Shown here: positions 41,104 to 50,093 of the stretch, piece by piece
How the letters are laid out: every line of letters begins with the position of its first letter
Position numbering within the stretch: position 1 is the first letter of the stretch
Origin: Myxococcales bacterium
GTDB lineage: Bacteria; Myxococcota_A; Polyangia; Polyangiales; DASUME01
Length of the DNA: 64,000 nucleotides
Direction: 5' to 3'
Assembly (NCBI GenBank): GCA_047601445.1
Contig: JASGJH010000001.1
Coordinates: forward strand, 2,496,001-2,560,000
Made by a program: the position numbers and the translations under genes
The notes under the pieces: generated by a model
Told to the model about the DNA's origin: nothing
The model's database searches: none
Seen by the model: the letters and a program-made list of their open reading frames with translations, nothing else

Positions 41104-42174
41104 ATGCTGCGCGGCTCGGTGGATCGCGTTTCCCTCCAGGGGAAGGCGCTCGAAGGCAATGCGCTCGGCGATCCTGCCGAGCGTGAGCTCATCGTGTATC
41201 TGCCGCCCTCGTACCATCGAGAACAAGGCCGCGCGTACCCGTGGTTGATGGTGCTGACGGGCTACGCATCGACCAACGCCGCGCTGCTGAACTTCAAGCC
41301 TTGGGAGCCGAACTTCCTCGAGCGCTACGAGCGCCTGTTGGCCGCGGGTTGTCCGGAGGCCATCCTGGTGCTGCCCGATTGCTTCACGCGCTGGGGCGGT
41401 AGCCAGTACATCGACTCCGCGAGCCTCGGGGACTACCAGCGCTACCTCGCGGACGACGTGCTGTCCTTCGTGGAATCCACTTACCGCACGGCGGGGCGGC
41501 GCGAGGCGCGTGGCATCGTGGGCAAGTCCTCGGGCGGCTTCGGCGCGCTCCGCATGGGCATCGACCGCCCCGAGTCGTTCGCGGTGATCGGAAGCCATGC
41601 GGGGGACTGCGCCTTCGAGCTCACCCTGCGCGGACGCTTTGCCGAGGTGCTGCCGGTGTACGAGCGACACGGCGGGCCGGCAGGGTTCGCACGCTTTTTG
41701 GAGCAGCAGGGCGCGCCCCGCTCGCAAGCCGAGTTCCACGCGGTGGAGATGCTCGCCCTGGCGGCAGCCTACGCGCCGCTCGCAGACCCCGGCCACGTGG
41801 ACGGCGAGCGCGAGCGCGCGCTCCCGCTGGGAGAGTTGCCGGTGGACCCCTATACCGCCCAGATCCACCCGGAAAAGTGGCAACGCTGGCTGGCTCACGA
41901 CCCCCTCGTGCGCGCTGAAAAGCAGCCAAACGCCCTGAAAAACGCCCGCCTGGTTTTTCTCGACGCCGGCAAATCCGACGAGTATGGTTTGCAGTTTGGA
42001 GCCCGTATGTTGGCTCAGCGCCTCATCAATTCGGGGGTGAAGGTGCAGCACGAAGAGTTCGAGGGGGGCCACATGGGAACCGCCTTTCGCTACGACGCAT
42101 CCCTCCCGATCCTCCTCGCGGCGCTAGACTCCGCGTCGGTTCCTCGCACGCCCTCGCGTAATCGCCCCTTATGA
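41104..42174 (+). CDS. Putative esterase (enterochelin esterase-like alpha/beta hydrolase)
   Basis: VYLPPSY, nucleophile GKSSGG, DAGKSDE and EFEGGH motifs. Confidence 0.88.
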   Translation: MLRGSVDRVSLQGKALEGNALGDPAERELIVYLPPSYHREQGRAYPWLMVLTGYASTNAALLNFKPWEPNFLERYERLLAAGCPEAILVLPDCFTRWGGSQYIDSASLGDYQRYLADDVLSFVESTYRTAGRREARGIVGKSSGGFGALRMGIDRPESFAVIGSHAGDCAFELTLRGRFAEVLPVYERHGGPAGFARFLEQQGAPRSQAEFHAVEMLALAAAYAPLADPGHVDGERERALPLGELPVDPYTAQIHPEKWQRWLAHDPLVRAEKQPNALKNARLVFLDAGKSDEYGLQFGARMLAQRLINSGVKVQHEEFEGGHMGTAFRYDASLPILLAALDSASVPRTPSRNRPL

Positions 42175-43025
42175 CCCCGACCAAAGCCACAAAGAAGCCT
42201 TCCCCAGTGCCGACGAACGGGGTCGCAGCCGACAAGAAGCAGCCCACGAAGCGTCCCTCGAACCCGGACCCGAGCAAGCCAGTGGCGGCTCCGGCTCCTT
42301 CTGCGGCTGTCGAAGCGCGAAGCGATTCGGTGGTCCCGGCCGCTGCCAAGCCCGAGCCCGGCCCTGCGTCGGTGCCGCCGGGCGCGCCGGCTTCGGATGC
42401 CAGCAAGCTCGAGCCCAAGAAAGACAAGACCCCGAGCCCCGCGCTCACGCTGGCGCTGGAGCTGATCGCGGCCAACGACAGCCAGGGCGTGCTGCGGAAC
42501 CTGGCGAGCCTCGAAGACGAGCGCGAAGCGCCGGCGAATCAGGCCGCGCGTCTGGTGCAAGAGCTGGCCGAGCACAAGCCCGAGCTGTTGGTCCCGCTCA
42601 TCGAGCGCTTCTCGCGCCTCCTGGTGTCCAAGAACAAGCGGGTGGCCGGCAGCGCCGCGGCGGCCCTCCCTCCCCTGTCGCGCATCGCCCCCGCCAAGGT
42701 GGCCAAGCAGCTGCCCCTGCTCACGCAGAACTGGGAAGACACCACGGAAGAGGGCAAGGACGGACTGGTGCGTACCTTTGCCGGACTGTGTACGGCATCG
42801 GTGGCCTATCAAAAGCGTCTCGAGCCCGCCCTGGCGAGGGCCCTGGGCGAGGCGGACCCCAAGCTGCTCATCCGCTGGACCGAGATCGTGCTGCCGGCCC
42901 TCAAAGGCGAGCCCCATGCGCGAGCCCGCGCCGTGGTGGAGGAACGCCTGCCGAACATCCCGCGCCCGCAGGCCCAGAAGATCGCCGACTTCCTCGGCAT
43001 CAAGCTGCGCCCGCTGGTCAGGTGA
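42171..43025 (+). CDS. Hypothetical protein, Pro/Lys-rich N-terminus and HEAT-like helical domain
   Basis: ATGA overlap with the esterase gene; helical repeat-like C-terminal region. Confidence 0.7.
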   Translation: MTPTKATKKPSPVPTNGVAADKKQPTKRPSNPDPSKPVAAPAPSAAVEARSDSVVPAAAKPEPGPASVPPGAPASDASKLEPKKDKTPSPALTLALELIAANDSQGVLRNLASLEDEREAPANQAARLVQELAEHKPELLVPLIERFSRLLVSKNKRVAGSAAAALPPLSRIAPAKVAKQLPLLTQNWEDTTEEGKDGLVRTFAGLCTASVAYQKRLEPALARALGEADPKLLIRWTEIVLPALKGEPHARARAVVEERLPNIPRPQAQKIADFLGIKLRPLVR

Positions 43026-43035
43026 CGTTTTTTGA

Positions 43036-43059
43036 CGGGGAGGTCACGCGACCTCCCCG
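43036..43059. repeat. Hairpin related to the 13975/51780 repeat, possibly a terminator
   Basis: CGGGGAGGTC-ACGC-GACCTCCCCG has the same loop with a compensatory G-C to T-A pair; it lies between convergent genes. Confidence 0.65.
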
Positions 43060-43076
43060 ACCGCGACGCTACGACT

Positions 43077-43240
43077 AGACGCTCACGCACACCGTCGCTG
43101 TCGCGGTCAAAGTCGTCGTCAAAGACCACCACCACGCTCGCGATCAACCCTTGGTGCGCGACCTGAAGCCTGCCCGTCAACCTTGACCCGGTCGGCGACG
43201 TGGACTTTGACTTGAACGGCGACGGCGTGCGTGAGTGTCT
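43077..43240. repeat. ~165-bp imperfect palindromic intergenic element
   Basis: AGACGCTCACGCACACCGTCGCTGT at the left end is an inverted copy of ACGGCGACGGCGTGCGTGAGTGTCT at the right end; internal GTCAAAG/CTTTGAC arms. Confidence 0.65.
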
Positions 43241-43283
43241 CGTCATGCGCGTGCGCGACGCTGGGAAAGCTCACCGGGGCCGC

Positions 43284-44864
43284 TCACAGCACGACGGTGA
43301 ACTGGGTGCCTCGCTCGCCAAAGCTGGCGGCCACCCTCCCCCCGCGCGCGTCCGCAATGGCGCGCACGATGGCGAGCCCAAGCCCGCTGCCACCGCGATC
43401 GCGCTCGGTGGTGAAGAAGCGCTCGAACAGGCGCCTGCGATTGGCCTCGCTCACCCCCTGTCCCCGATCGCGTACGTCGATGCGTAGACGTCCCTGCTCG
43501 GCGCCGAGCACCACCTGGACCTCGGCCTGCCCTCCGTGGCGCAAGGCGTTGTCGACCAGGTTGCCCAGGACGCTCGCGAGCTGCTCGGGATCGATGGCGA
43601 TGTTCACAGGCGGGGCTTCGAGCGAGAGCCGCACGCGCGCGCCGTGACGCGAGAGCTGGCGTTCGACCCAGGGCACGAGCTCCAGCTCTTGAGCCTGCTT
43701 CTGCTTCTCGTTCTCCAACCGGGCGAGGGCGAGCAGGCGCGTCACCAGGCGCTCCATGCGCTGGGCATCTTCGAGGATGTTGTCGATGAAGCGTCGGCGG
43801 TCCGGCTCGGGCATGTCGTCGAGCCCTTGCTGCAGGAGCTCTGCTGCCCCTCGAATCGCAGTGATCGGCGTCTTGAGTTCGTGGCTAACCTGACTCGCGA
43901 AGTCCTGTACGTAGCTCGCGCGCTGCTCCAGTTCGCTCGCCATCTGCAGCATCACCTCCTGCAGCACGGCGATCTCGCGCGGCAAAGGCCCCTGCACCTC
44001 GAGCACCTTGGCGCTCTCGCCGCGAGCCACGGAGCGGGCGGCGCGCGTGAGCCGCACGAGTGGCCGCGCGATGGCCGCCGAGAACGCGAGGCTGACCCCG
44101 ATCACGAACATCGAAGACAGGATGCCGAGCCAGACCAGTCCACGCCGGTTCGCCCACAACGACGAGAGCGCATCGAGCCCGGTGCGGGAGGCCCGCACCA
44201 CGCCGATCACGTGGCCATCGGACCAGATGGGCAGCGCGGTGAACACGCGCACCTTGCCGCGACGACGGATGTCGCCGAAGCGCGGGGGCGGCTCGTCCGA
44301 AATGCGCTCGCGTAGCACCGCGTTGTAGCGGCCGGCCAGGGCCGCCCGGATCTCGGGCAAAGCCTGCATACACTGGCCCGCTTCACTGCGAGTGGTGGCC
44401 ACCACGCAGCCGCGCGCGTCGAGCACGCGCACCGCACTCAGGTTGAAGCTCTGGGCGCGCAATAGCAGGGCCGCGATATCGTGTCCTGCGCGCTCGGCGG
44501 GAGTGCCGGTCTGGACGTATCTGGGGAAGGCCAAGGGTTGCGGCGCGAGCACCGGTTGAGCGAAGTCGATTTGGGCCTCGACGGGCGCAAAGCTTCCAGA
44601 CGTGGGCTCGGAGAAGCCCGGGCGCGCGGCAGAACGGGGCGGCATGTGCACGTCGCGATCGCGCCCCTGGGCCCTCAGCCAGGCCTCGCGATAGACCTCA
44701 CCCACCACCACGGACTCGGCGATCAACTGATGCTCGGTCTGACGAAGCAAGTACACGTCGTAGACTCGCAGCAACGAGAAGGCCAGGAGCGGCAGAAGCC
44801 ACACGAAAGCGTGCGCGCCGAGCAGCAGGCTGCGGATGCTGGGGCCGCGCCGGGAGGCCTTCAT
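43284..44864 (-). CDS. Sensor histidine kinase (CreC-like)
   Basis: Two transmembrane segments, HAMP region, SHELKTP, NLVDNA, DRGQG and GSGLGL motifs. Confidence 0.92.
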   Translation of the reverse strand: MKASRRGPSIRSLLLGAHAFVWLLPLLAFSLLRVYDVYLLRQTEHQLIAESVVVGEVYREAWLRAQGRDRDVHMPPRSAARPGFSEPTSGSFAPVEAQIDFAQPVLAPQPLAFPRYVQTGTPAERAGHDIAALLLRAQSFNLSAVRVLDARGCVVATTRSEAGQCMQALPEIRAALAGRYNAVLRERISDEPPPRFGDIRRRGKVRVFTALPIWSDGHVIGVVRASRTGLDALSSLWANRRGLVWLGILSSMFVIGVSLAFSAAIARPLVRLTRAARSVARGESAKVLEVQGPLPREIAVLQEVMLQMASELEQRASYVQDFASQVSHELKTPITAIRGAAELLQQGLDDMPEPDRRRFIDNILEDAQRMERLVTRLLALARLENEKQKQAQELELVPWVERQLSRHGARVRLSLEAPPVNIAIDPEQLASVLGNLVDNALRHGGQAEVQVVLGAEQGRLRIDVRDRGQGVSEANRRRLFERFFTTERDRGGSGLGLAIVRAIADARGGRVAASFGERGTQFTVVL

Positions 44865-45541
44865 GGGGACTTTTCGCGCAAGCGGTAGCCGACCCCGTAG
44901 ACGGTCTCGATGGGATCCGCACCGCGATCGGCGAGCTTTTTGCGAACGCGTCGGATGTGGCTGTCGACCGTGCGCTCGGTGATGTAGTGGCCGTGACCGT
45001 AGGCCTGACTCACCAGCTGAGCGCGCTCGAACACCCGCCCGGGCGCCGACAACAACGCTTGCAACAAGGCGAACTCGACCACGGTCAAGGTGATCTCCTG
45101 CCCGGCCCAGGTGCAGCGGTGACGTGACTCGTCCATGGTGAGCTCGCCGTGGCTACGCGCGCTGCTCGCGGACTCGCTGGGCTGCGCCCGCCGCAACACG
45201 GCGGCCACGCGGGCCACGAGCTCGCGCGGACTGAACGGCTTGGTAATGTAGTCGTCGGCGCCCAGCTCGAGCCCGATCACGCGGTCGAGCTCGTCGTCTC
45301 GGCTCGACAGGAAGATGATGGGCAGCTTGCTGTGCTCACGGATGCGCTTGCACACGGCGAGTCCATCGTCTTCTGGCAAGAGGATGTCGAGCACCAGGAG
45401 CTCGGGCGCCGCGCGCTCCACCTCGCGCAGCGCCTCGGCGCCGTCCTTGGCCTCGCGCACCACGTGGCCGGCGCGCTCGAGGGCGTAGCGCACCACCTGC
45501 CGAATGTGCCCGTCGTCGTCGACCACCAGGATCTGAGCCAT
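44861..45541 (-). CDS. OmpR-family response regulator (CreB-like)
   Basis: ILVVDDD, LDILLP, GADDYITKPFSPREL and winged-helix RTVDSHIRR...TVYGVGY motifs. Confidence 0.95.
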   Translation of the reverse strand: MAQILVVDDDGHIRQVVRYALERAGHVVREAKDGAEALREVERAAPELLVLDILLPEDDGLAVCKRIREHSKLPIIFLSSRDDELDRVIGLELGADDYITKPFSPRELVARVAAVLRRAQPSESASSARSHGELTMDESRHRCTWAGQEITLTVVEFALLQALLSAPGRVFERAQLVSQAYGHGHYITERTVDSHIRRVRKKLADRGADPIETVYGVGYRLREKSP

Positions 45542-45596
45542 GCGTCACCGAGCAGCCTAACACAGGGCAAACGCACGGGAGATGGCGGGCTCGTGC

Positions 45597-45754
45597 CAGG
45601 GGGTGTCCCTAGTTCCTATGCGCGTCAGCACGCGAATTTTCGTCGCAGCGCGAGCGCGCCCGCAGGCTCGACCTGAAGGTCGGGCCGAGGACGAAAGCCG
45701 CGCTGCGGGGGAAAGGCGCGTGCTGACGCGCACAGGAACTAGGGACACCCCCTG
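45597..45754. mobile_element. MITE/REPIN-like palindromic element (158 bp)
   Basis: 38-bp terminal inverted repeats with one mismatch (CAGGGGGTGTCCCTAGTTCCT[A/G]TGCGCGTCAGCACGCG) and internal hairpins; no transposase. Confidence 0.75.
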
Positions 45755-45853
45755 TGGCTTGCACCGGTTTTGCACGAGTTCTTCGGCGCGCCGCCACGGG
45801 CCCGGCGGCGCCCCTGCACGGCGATTTCCTAGCTTCTGGGCAGGAGGACCTTC

Positions 45854-47128
45854 ATGAAGAGCCATTTGCGACTGTTTGGGATCGGAGTCGTCTTCACCAT
45901 CGCGACCATCGCATGGTTGGTGCTCGGCGGCGTAACCCAGCTCCGCAAGGGCACGCAGACGGAGAAAATGCGAGGCAGCGTGCAATCCCTGTGGGGAAAC
46001 ATGCAGACTCAGGCCGCGCCCACCCTCACCTTCTACTACCCGGTGCAAGAGCAGGTCACGCGCACCGAGACCAAGCATGGCGTGGACGTCCAGGTCACCG
46101 AGCTGGTGACGACTACCCGCGAACGCAAGGTGCCGCTCGCAGCCAGCACCATCGACGTCGGCCTGCACTCCGACCTGCGCCGCAAGGGCCTGACCTGGCA
46201 CTCGCTCTATGACGTGGTGTTCGCGGCGGACTACCAATACGTGCACACCGGCGACGAGACCGGCGAGCTGGAGATCGAGCTCAGCTTCCCGGATGCGACG
46301 GCCCTCTACGACAACTTCCGCTTCACCGTGGACGGTGTGGACCGCTCGGCTGGGCTCGATCCCAGCGGTGGCAAGCTGCGCGCGAGGGTGCCGGTGAGCC
46401 CGGGGCAACGCCTTACCATCCACGCTGGCTACAAGAGCCGTGGACTCGACCAGTGGCAGTATCGGCCGAGCGAAGGCGTGGGCAGGCTCGAGAAGTTTCA
46501 GCTCACCATGCACACCGATTTCAGCGAGATCGACTTCCCGATGGGCACCATGTCTCCCTCGGAAAAGGTCCGCGATGGACAAGGCTACCGCCTGACCTGG
46601 AAGTTCGCGCAAATCGTCACGGGCAACGCCATCGGCATGACCACGCCGCAGCGCATCCAGCCGGGCGACCTGGCCTCCGAGCTCTCGCTCTCGGCCCCCA
46701 TCTCGCTGTTCTTCTACTTCTTCGTGATCTTCGTGCTGGCCACGCTGCGCAAGATCGATCTGCATCCCATCAACTACCTGTTGATCGCGGGTGCCTTCTT
46801 CGCCTTTCACTTGCTGTTCGCCTACTCGGTGGACCACCTGCCGGTCGAAGTCGCCTTCGCGCTCTCGAGCGCGGTGAGCGTGCTCCTCGTGGTGAGCTAC
46901 CTGCGGCTGGCCGTGTCGTCGCGCTTCGCCTTCGTGGAGGCGGGCATCGCGCAGCTGGTGTACCTGGTGGGCTTCTCGCTGGCGCACTTCTGGGACGGCT
47001 TCACGGGGCTGACCACCACGGTGCTCGCCATCGCCACCCTGTTCCTGATCATGCAGCTCACGGGACGCATCAAGTGGTCCGAGGCCCTGGCCAACAAGCC
47101 CGAGGGGGCACAGCAGGTCCTCGCCTGA
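45854..47128 (+). CDS. Inner membrane CreD-like protein
   Basis: N-terminal transmembrane segment, periplasmic domain and C-terminal TM bundle with LHPINYLL...FHLL..Y; divergent from the CreBC-like pair. Confidence 0.75.
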   Translation: MKSHLRLFGIGVVFTIATIAWLVLGGVTQLRKGTQTEKMRGSVQSLWGNMQTQAAPTLTFYYPVQEQVTRTETKHGVDVQVTELVTTTRERKVPLAASTIDVGLHSDLRRKGLTWHSLYDVVFAADYQYVHTGDETGELEIELSFPDATALYDNFRFTVDGVDRSAGLDPSGGKLRARVPVSPGQRLTIHAGYKSRGLDQWQYRPSEGVGRLEKFQLTMHTDFSEIDFPMGTMSPSEKVRDGQGYRLTWKFAQIVTGNAIGMTTPQRIQPGDLASELSLSAPISLFFYFFVIFVLATLRKIDLHPINYLLIAGAFFAFHLLFAYSVDHLPVEVAFALSSAVSVLLVVSYLRLAVSSRFAFVEAGIAQLVYLVGFSLAHFWDGFTGLTTTVLAIATLFLIMQLTGRIKWSEALANKPEGAQQVLA

Positions 47129-47156
47129 GCTCTCGAGCCTAGGCGGGGCGAACGCC

Positions 47157-48704
47157 TTATTTGAAGACCTCGGCGACCGGCACGACCTTCACCTGAGGGG
47201 CCAAGAGGTTCAAGGGGTAGACCACGACTTGCTTGTCTTCCTCGAGGATCTCGGCGGGCTTCTCCGAGGCGTACACGATGGGCGACGGCGCGCCCGCCAC
47301 GAGTTGCGCCGAGAACTTCTCGGCGTCCGGTGCCACCAGGGCGATCTGAAGCTTCTCCGGGTCGAGATGGCGCTTGAGCGCGGCGTTCACCTGGTCCCGC
47401 GTGAGTGCGCGGACCTGGGCGCGCAACACATCGAGATAGGGCCCCTGATTGCCGTAGAAAGCATCATCGAGGGCGTTGCCGAGGCGCTGCTGCTCGGTCT
47501 GAGCGAACAGGGCGTAGTAGCGGTCGACGAAGCGCTGGATGCGATCGAAGTCCGACTGGGCGATGCCCTCGCGCACGCAGCGTTCGAGCTCGCGAACGGC
47601 CATGCGCAGGGCGAAGTGGGCCTGCTCCGGCTGCACCGGACGAATCCAGATCGAGAAGTATTGCTGCCTGCGTCCGACGTTGGGCAGTGGGAAACGCGTG
47701 AAGCCGTCCTGCACGAAGTGCTCGGCGTATGCGTAGTCGCCGTAGTTGAGGCCGCGGTCGGCGCGCATCTTCTGCATCAAGCGACCCGCGAAGGTCCGGT
47801 GCTGGCCCAGGTAGGCCGCGGCCAAGGTGAGGGCGGCGTAGTCGGGGTGCTTGCGCGTGACGTCGATGGGCATGCCGAGCGACATGGCGATCGATGCGGC
47901 TTCCGGCTTGTGGATGATCCACACGCGCCGAGCCGTCTGCGGGAGCGGCGCGGGGAGCGCGGTCGTCGCACTGCAGGCAGCCGTGATCAAGGTCCCCATG
48001 TCCTGGGCGAAGCGCGCCTGGAACCCGGCGTCCGCAGAGCCCGCCACGGCCACGCGCATGCGCTTGGAGCACAGGATGCGCTGCTGGTGGGTGGGCAAGT
48101 CGAGCACGGTCAGGTGAGTGAGCCCGGTCTCGGTGCCGATCTCCGGATGGCCGAAAGGATGGCCCTCGAAGAGCATGCTCTGCAGAACCTCCTTGCCCAG
48201 GCTCTCGTCGTCGGCTCCGCGCAGGTCCTGGGTGAGGCTCGACACGGTACGTGCGCGCACACGCTCGAAGTCGGCCTCCGAGAAGTCGGGATGCAACAGC
48301 ACGTCGCGGAACAATGGATAGAAGGATTCCAGGTGATCCTTGTGGACGCGCGCGGTGAACACGGTCTGCTGACGTTCCACGTGTCCACTGATCTCGGCCG
48401 CCATCGGAAACAGCCGCCGCGTGCGCTCGGCATAGCTGACGCCACCGGCGCCACCCTCCAACATGCTGGCCACCGTGACGTAGGTGAGGCCCTCTTGCCC
48501 CTTGGGATCGTCGGCAGAGCCGGCCTCGAACATCACGCGCAACTCCACGACGGGTGCGGGGCTCTCGCGCAGTATGACGCGATCGGCAGCGAGCGGAGGC
48601 GGCCCCTTGGGAGGCGGGGCGGGCGGCTTGGGCGCGGGGCCACAGCCGCACCACAGCGCGACGCACAGAACGCTCAACCCGAGCTTGCCTGCGAAATGCC
48701 TCAT
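47157..48704 (-). CDS. M16 peptidase non-catalytic subunit (lipoprotein)
   Basis: AGSADDPKGQEGL without HxxEH, RADRGLNYG motif and lipobox. Confidence 0.88.
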   Translation of the reverse strand: MRHFAGKLGLSVLCVALWCGCGPAPKPPAPPPKGPPPLAADRVILRESPAPVVELRVMFEAGSADDPKGQEGLTYVTVASMLEGGAGGVSYAERTRRLFPMAAEISGHVERQQTVFTARVHKDHLESFYPLFRDVLLHPDFSEADFERVRARTVSSLTQDLRGADDESLGKEVLQSMLFEGHPFGHPEIGTETGLTHLTVLDLPTHQQRILCSKRMRVAVAGSADAGFQARFAQDMGTLITAACSATTALPAPLPQTARRVWIIHKPEAASIAMSLGMPIDVTRKHPDYAALTLAAAYLGQHRTFAGRLMQKMRADRGLNYGDYAYAEHFVQDGFTRFPLPNVGRRQQYFSIWIRPVQPEQAHFALRMAVRELERCVREGIAQSDFDRIQRFVDRYYALFAQTEQQRLGNALDDAFYGNQGPYLDVLRAQVRALTRDQVNAALKRHLDPEKLQIALVAPDAEKFSAQLVAGAPSPIVYASEKPAEILEEDKQVVVYPLNLLAPQVKVVPVAEVFK

Positions 48705-50086
48705 GGGGCACCTCCCGTCTTTTGCTTGGGTGAGAGGGTCACCGTGAAGCGCCGGGTGGGCAGGAGATAGCGCTGCGCGACGCGGGCGACGTCCGCCGGC
48801 GTGACCTTGGCCAGCGCCGCGAGATAGCGGGCGAGGCCGTCTTCCTTGCCAGTGACCGCCAGGAACTGAGCGAACGTGTCCGCTGCGTCGCTGGCCGTCT
48901 CGACCTGCATGGTCAGGCCATAGGTCAGGTGCGAGCGCACGCCTTCGATGCGCGCCGGATCGGTGTGTCCCTTGGCCACGTCTTCCACGGCCTCCTGCAC
49001 GCGCTGCTCGATCTGATCGAAGCTGGTCTCGGGCTTGAGCTCGGCGTTGATCACGAACAGCCCCGGATCGCGGCTGTAGTTCGCCGCCCAGCTGCCGAAG
49101 CCGAGCACCTGCTGCTTGTCCACCACCAACTCCTGGTACAGCGGGGCCGAGGCATCGAACAACAGCGCATGCACCACCTCGAGGGCCGCCGTGTCGCGCA
49201 GCCGCGCCGCGCGCTCGGCTTCGCTGCCCTCGCCTTCGAAGGCAGCGGTGCGATAGCCGATCAACATCTGGGGCGACGACGTGCCCTCCCAGTCCAGGTG
49301 CTTGCGCGCCCCCTCGGTCGGCTCGGGCTCGACCGGGATGGCCGGCTTGTCGCGGGTGCCTTGCCAGCTGCCGTAGCGCTCACCGACCAACTTCACCAAG
49401 CTCGCGTGCGACACGTCGCCGGCCGCGATGATGGTGGTGTTATCGGGCGTGTAGAAGCGCTGAAAGAAGGCCTTGGAGTAGCCGAACTTGTCGGGCATGG
49501 CCTGGATGTCCGCCAGGTAGCCGATGGTGGTGTGCCCGTAGGTGTGGCTACGGAACGCGAGCTCGCTGAGCGTCTCCCACATCTTGATGAACGGGTTCGA
49601 AGCGCTCTTGTTGTACTCACCGAGGACGGCGCCCGTCTCCGTGCGGAACTGGGTCTCGTCGTAGGCGAGGCGCTGGAAGCGATCGGCCTCGAGGTCCACG
49701 ATCTCCTGCAGCGCGCTGGCGGGGCCAGTGATGGTGTAGAGCGTGAAGTCCTGGGTGGTGTAGGCGTTGTTGTCCGCGCCGAGGCTCTGGATGCGTTCCT
49801 CGTAGATCTTCTGGGGAAAGCGCTCGGTGCCACGGAACATCATGTGCTCGAACAAATGCGCGAAGCCGCTGTGGCCCTTCTCCACCTCGTCCCGTGCGCC
49901 GACGCGCACCAGCGTGAAGTACGCGAGGATGCCCGGACTCTGCCAGGGCACCGTGATCACCTTCAACCCGTTGGGCAAGCTGGTGACCTCGGCGGGCTTG
50001 GCGAAGGGCCCCACGCTCTGGGCTTGGGTGAGAGAAGCGCTGCCGGCGAGGGTTCCCGCGGCCAAGAGGACGGACCATAGGCGCAT
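48701..50086 (-). CDS. M16 (pitrilysin-family) zinc peptidase catalytic subunit
   Basis: GFAHLFEHMMFRGT (HxxEH), NAYTT.D.T.Y and FYTPDN motifs. Confidence 0.92.
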   Translation of the reverse strand: MRLWSVLLAAGTLAGSASLTQAQSVGPFAKPAEVTSLPNGLKVITVPWQSPGILAYFTLVRVGARDEVEKGHSGFAHLFEHMMFRGTERFPQKIYEERIQSLGADNNAYTTQDFTLYTITGPASALQEIVDLEADRFQRLAYDETQFRTETGAVLGEYNKSASNPFIKMWETLSELAFRSHTYGHTTIGYLADIQAMPDKFGYSKAFFQRFYTPDNTTIIAAGDVSHASLVKLVGERYGSWQGTRDKPAIPVEPEPTEGARKHLDWEGTSSPQMLIGYRTAAFEGEGSEAERAARLRDTAALEVVHALLFDASAPLYQELVVDKQQVLGFGSWAANYSRDPGLFVINAELKPETSFDQIEQRVQEAVEDVAKGHTDPARIEGVRSHLTYGLTMQVETASDAADTFAQFLAVTGKEDGLARYLAALAKVTPADVARVAQRYLLPTRRFTVTLSPKQKTGGAP

Positions 50087-50093
50087 GTCGTGC

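Noticed and set aside
45672..45700. Hammerhead-like CTGA...CGAAA inside the palindromic element
   Set aside because: The core reads CTGAAGG rather than CUGANGA, and the CTGA sits in a hairpin loop.
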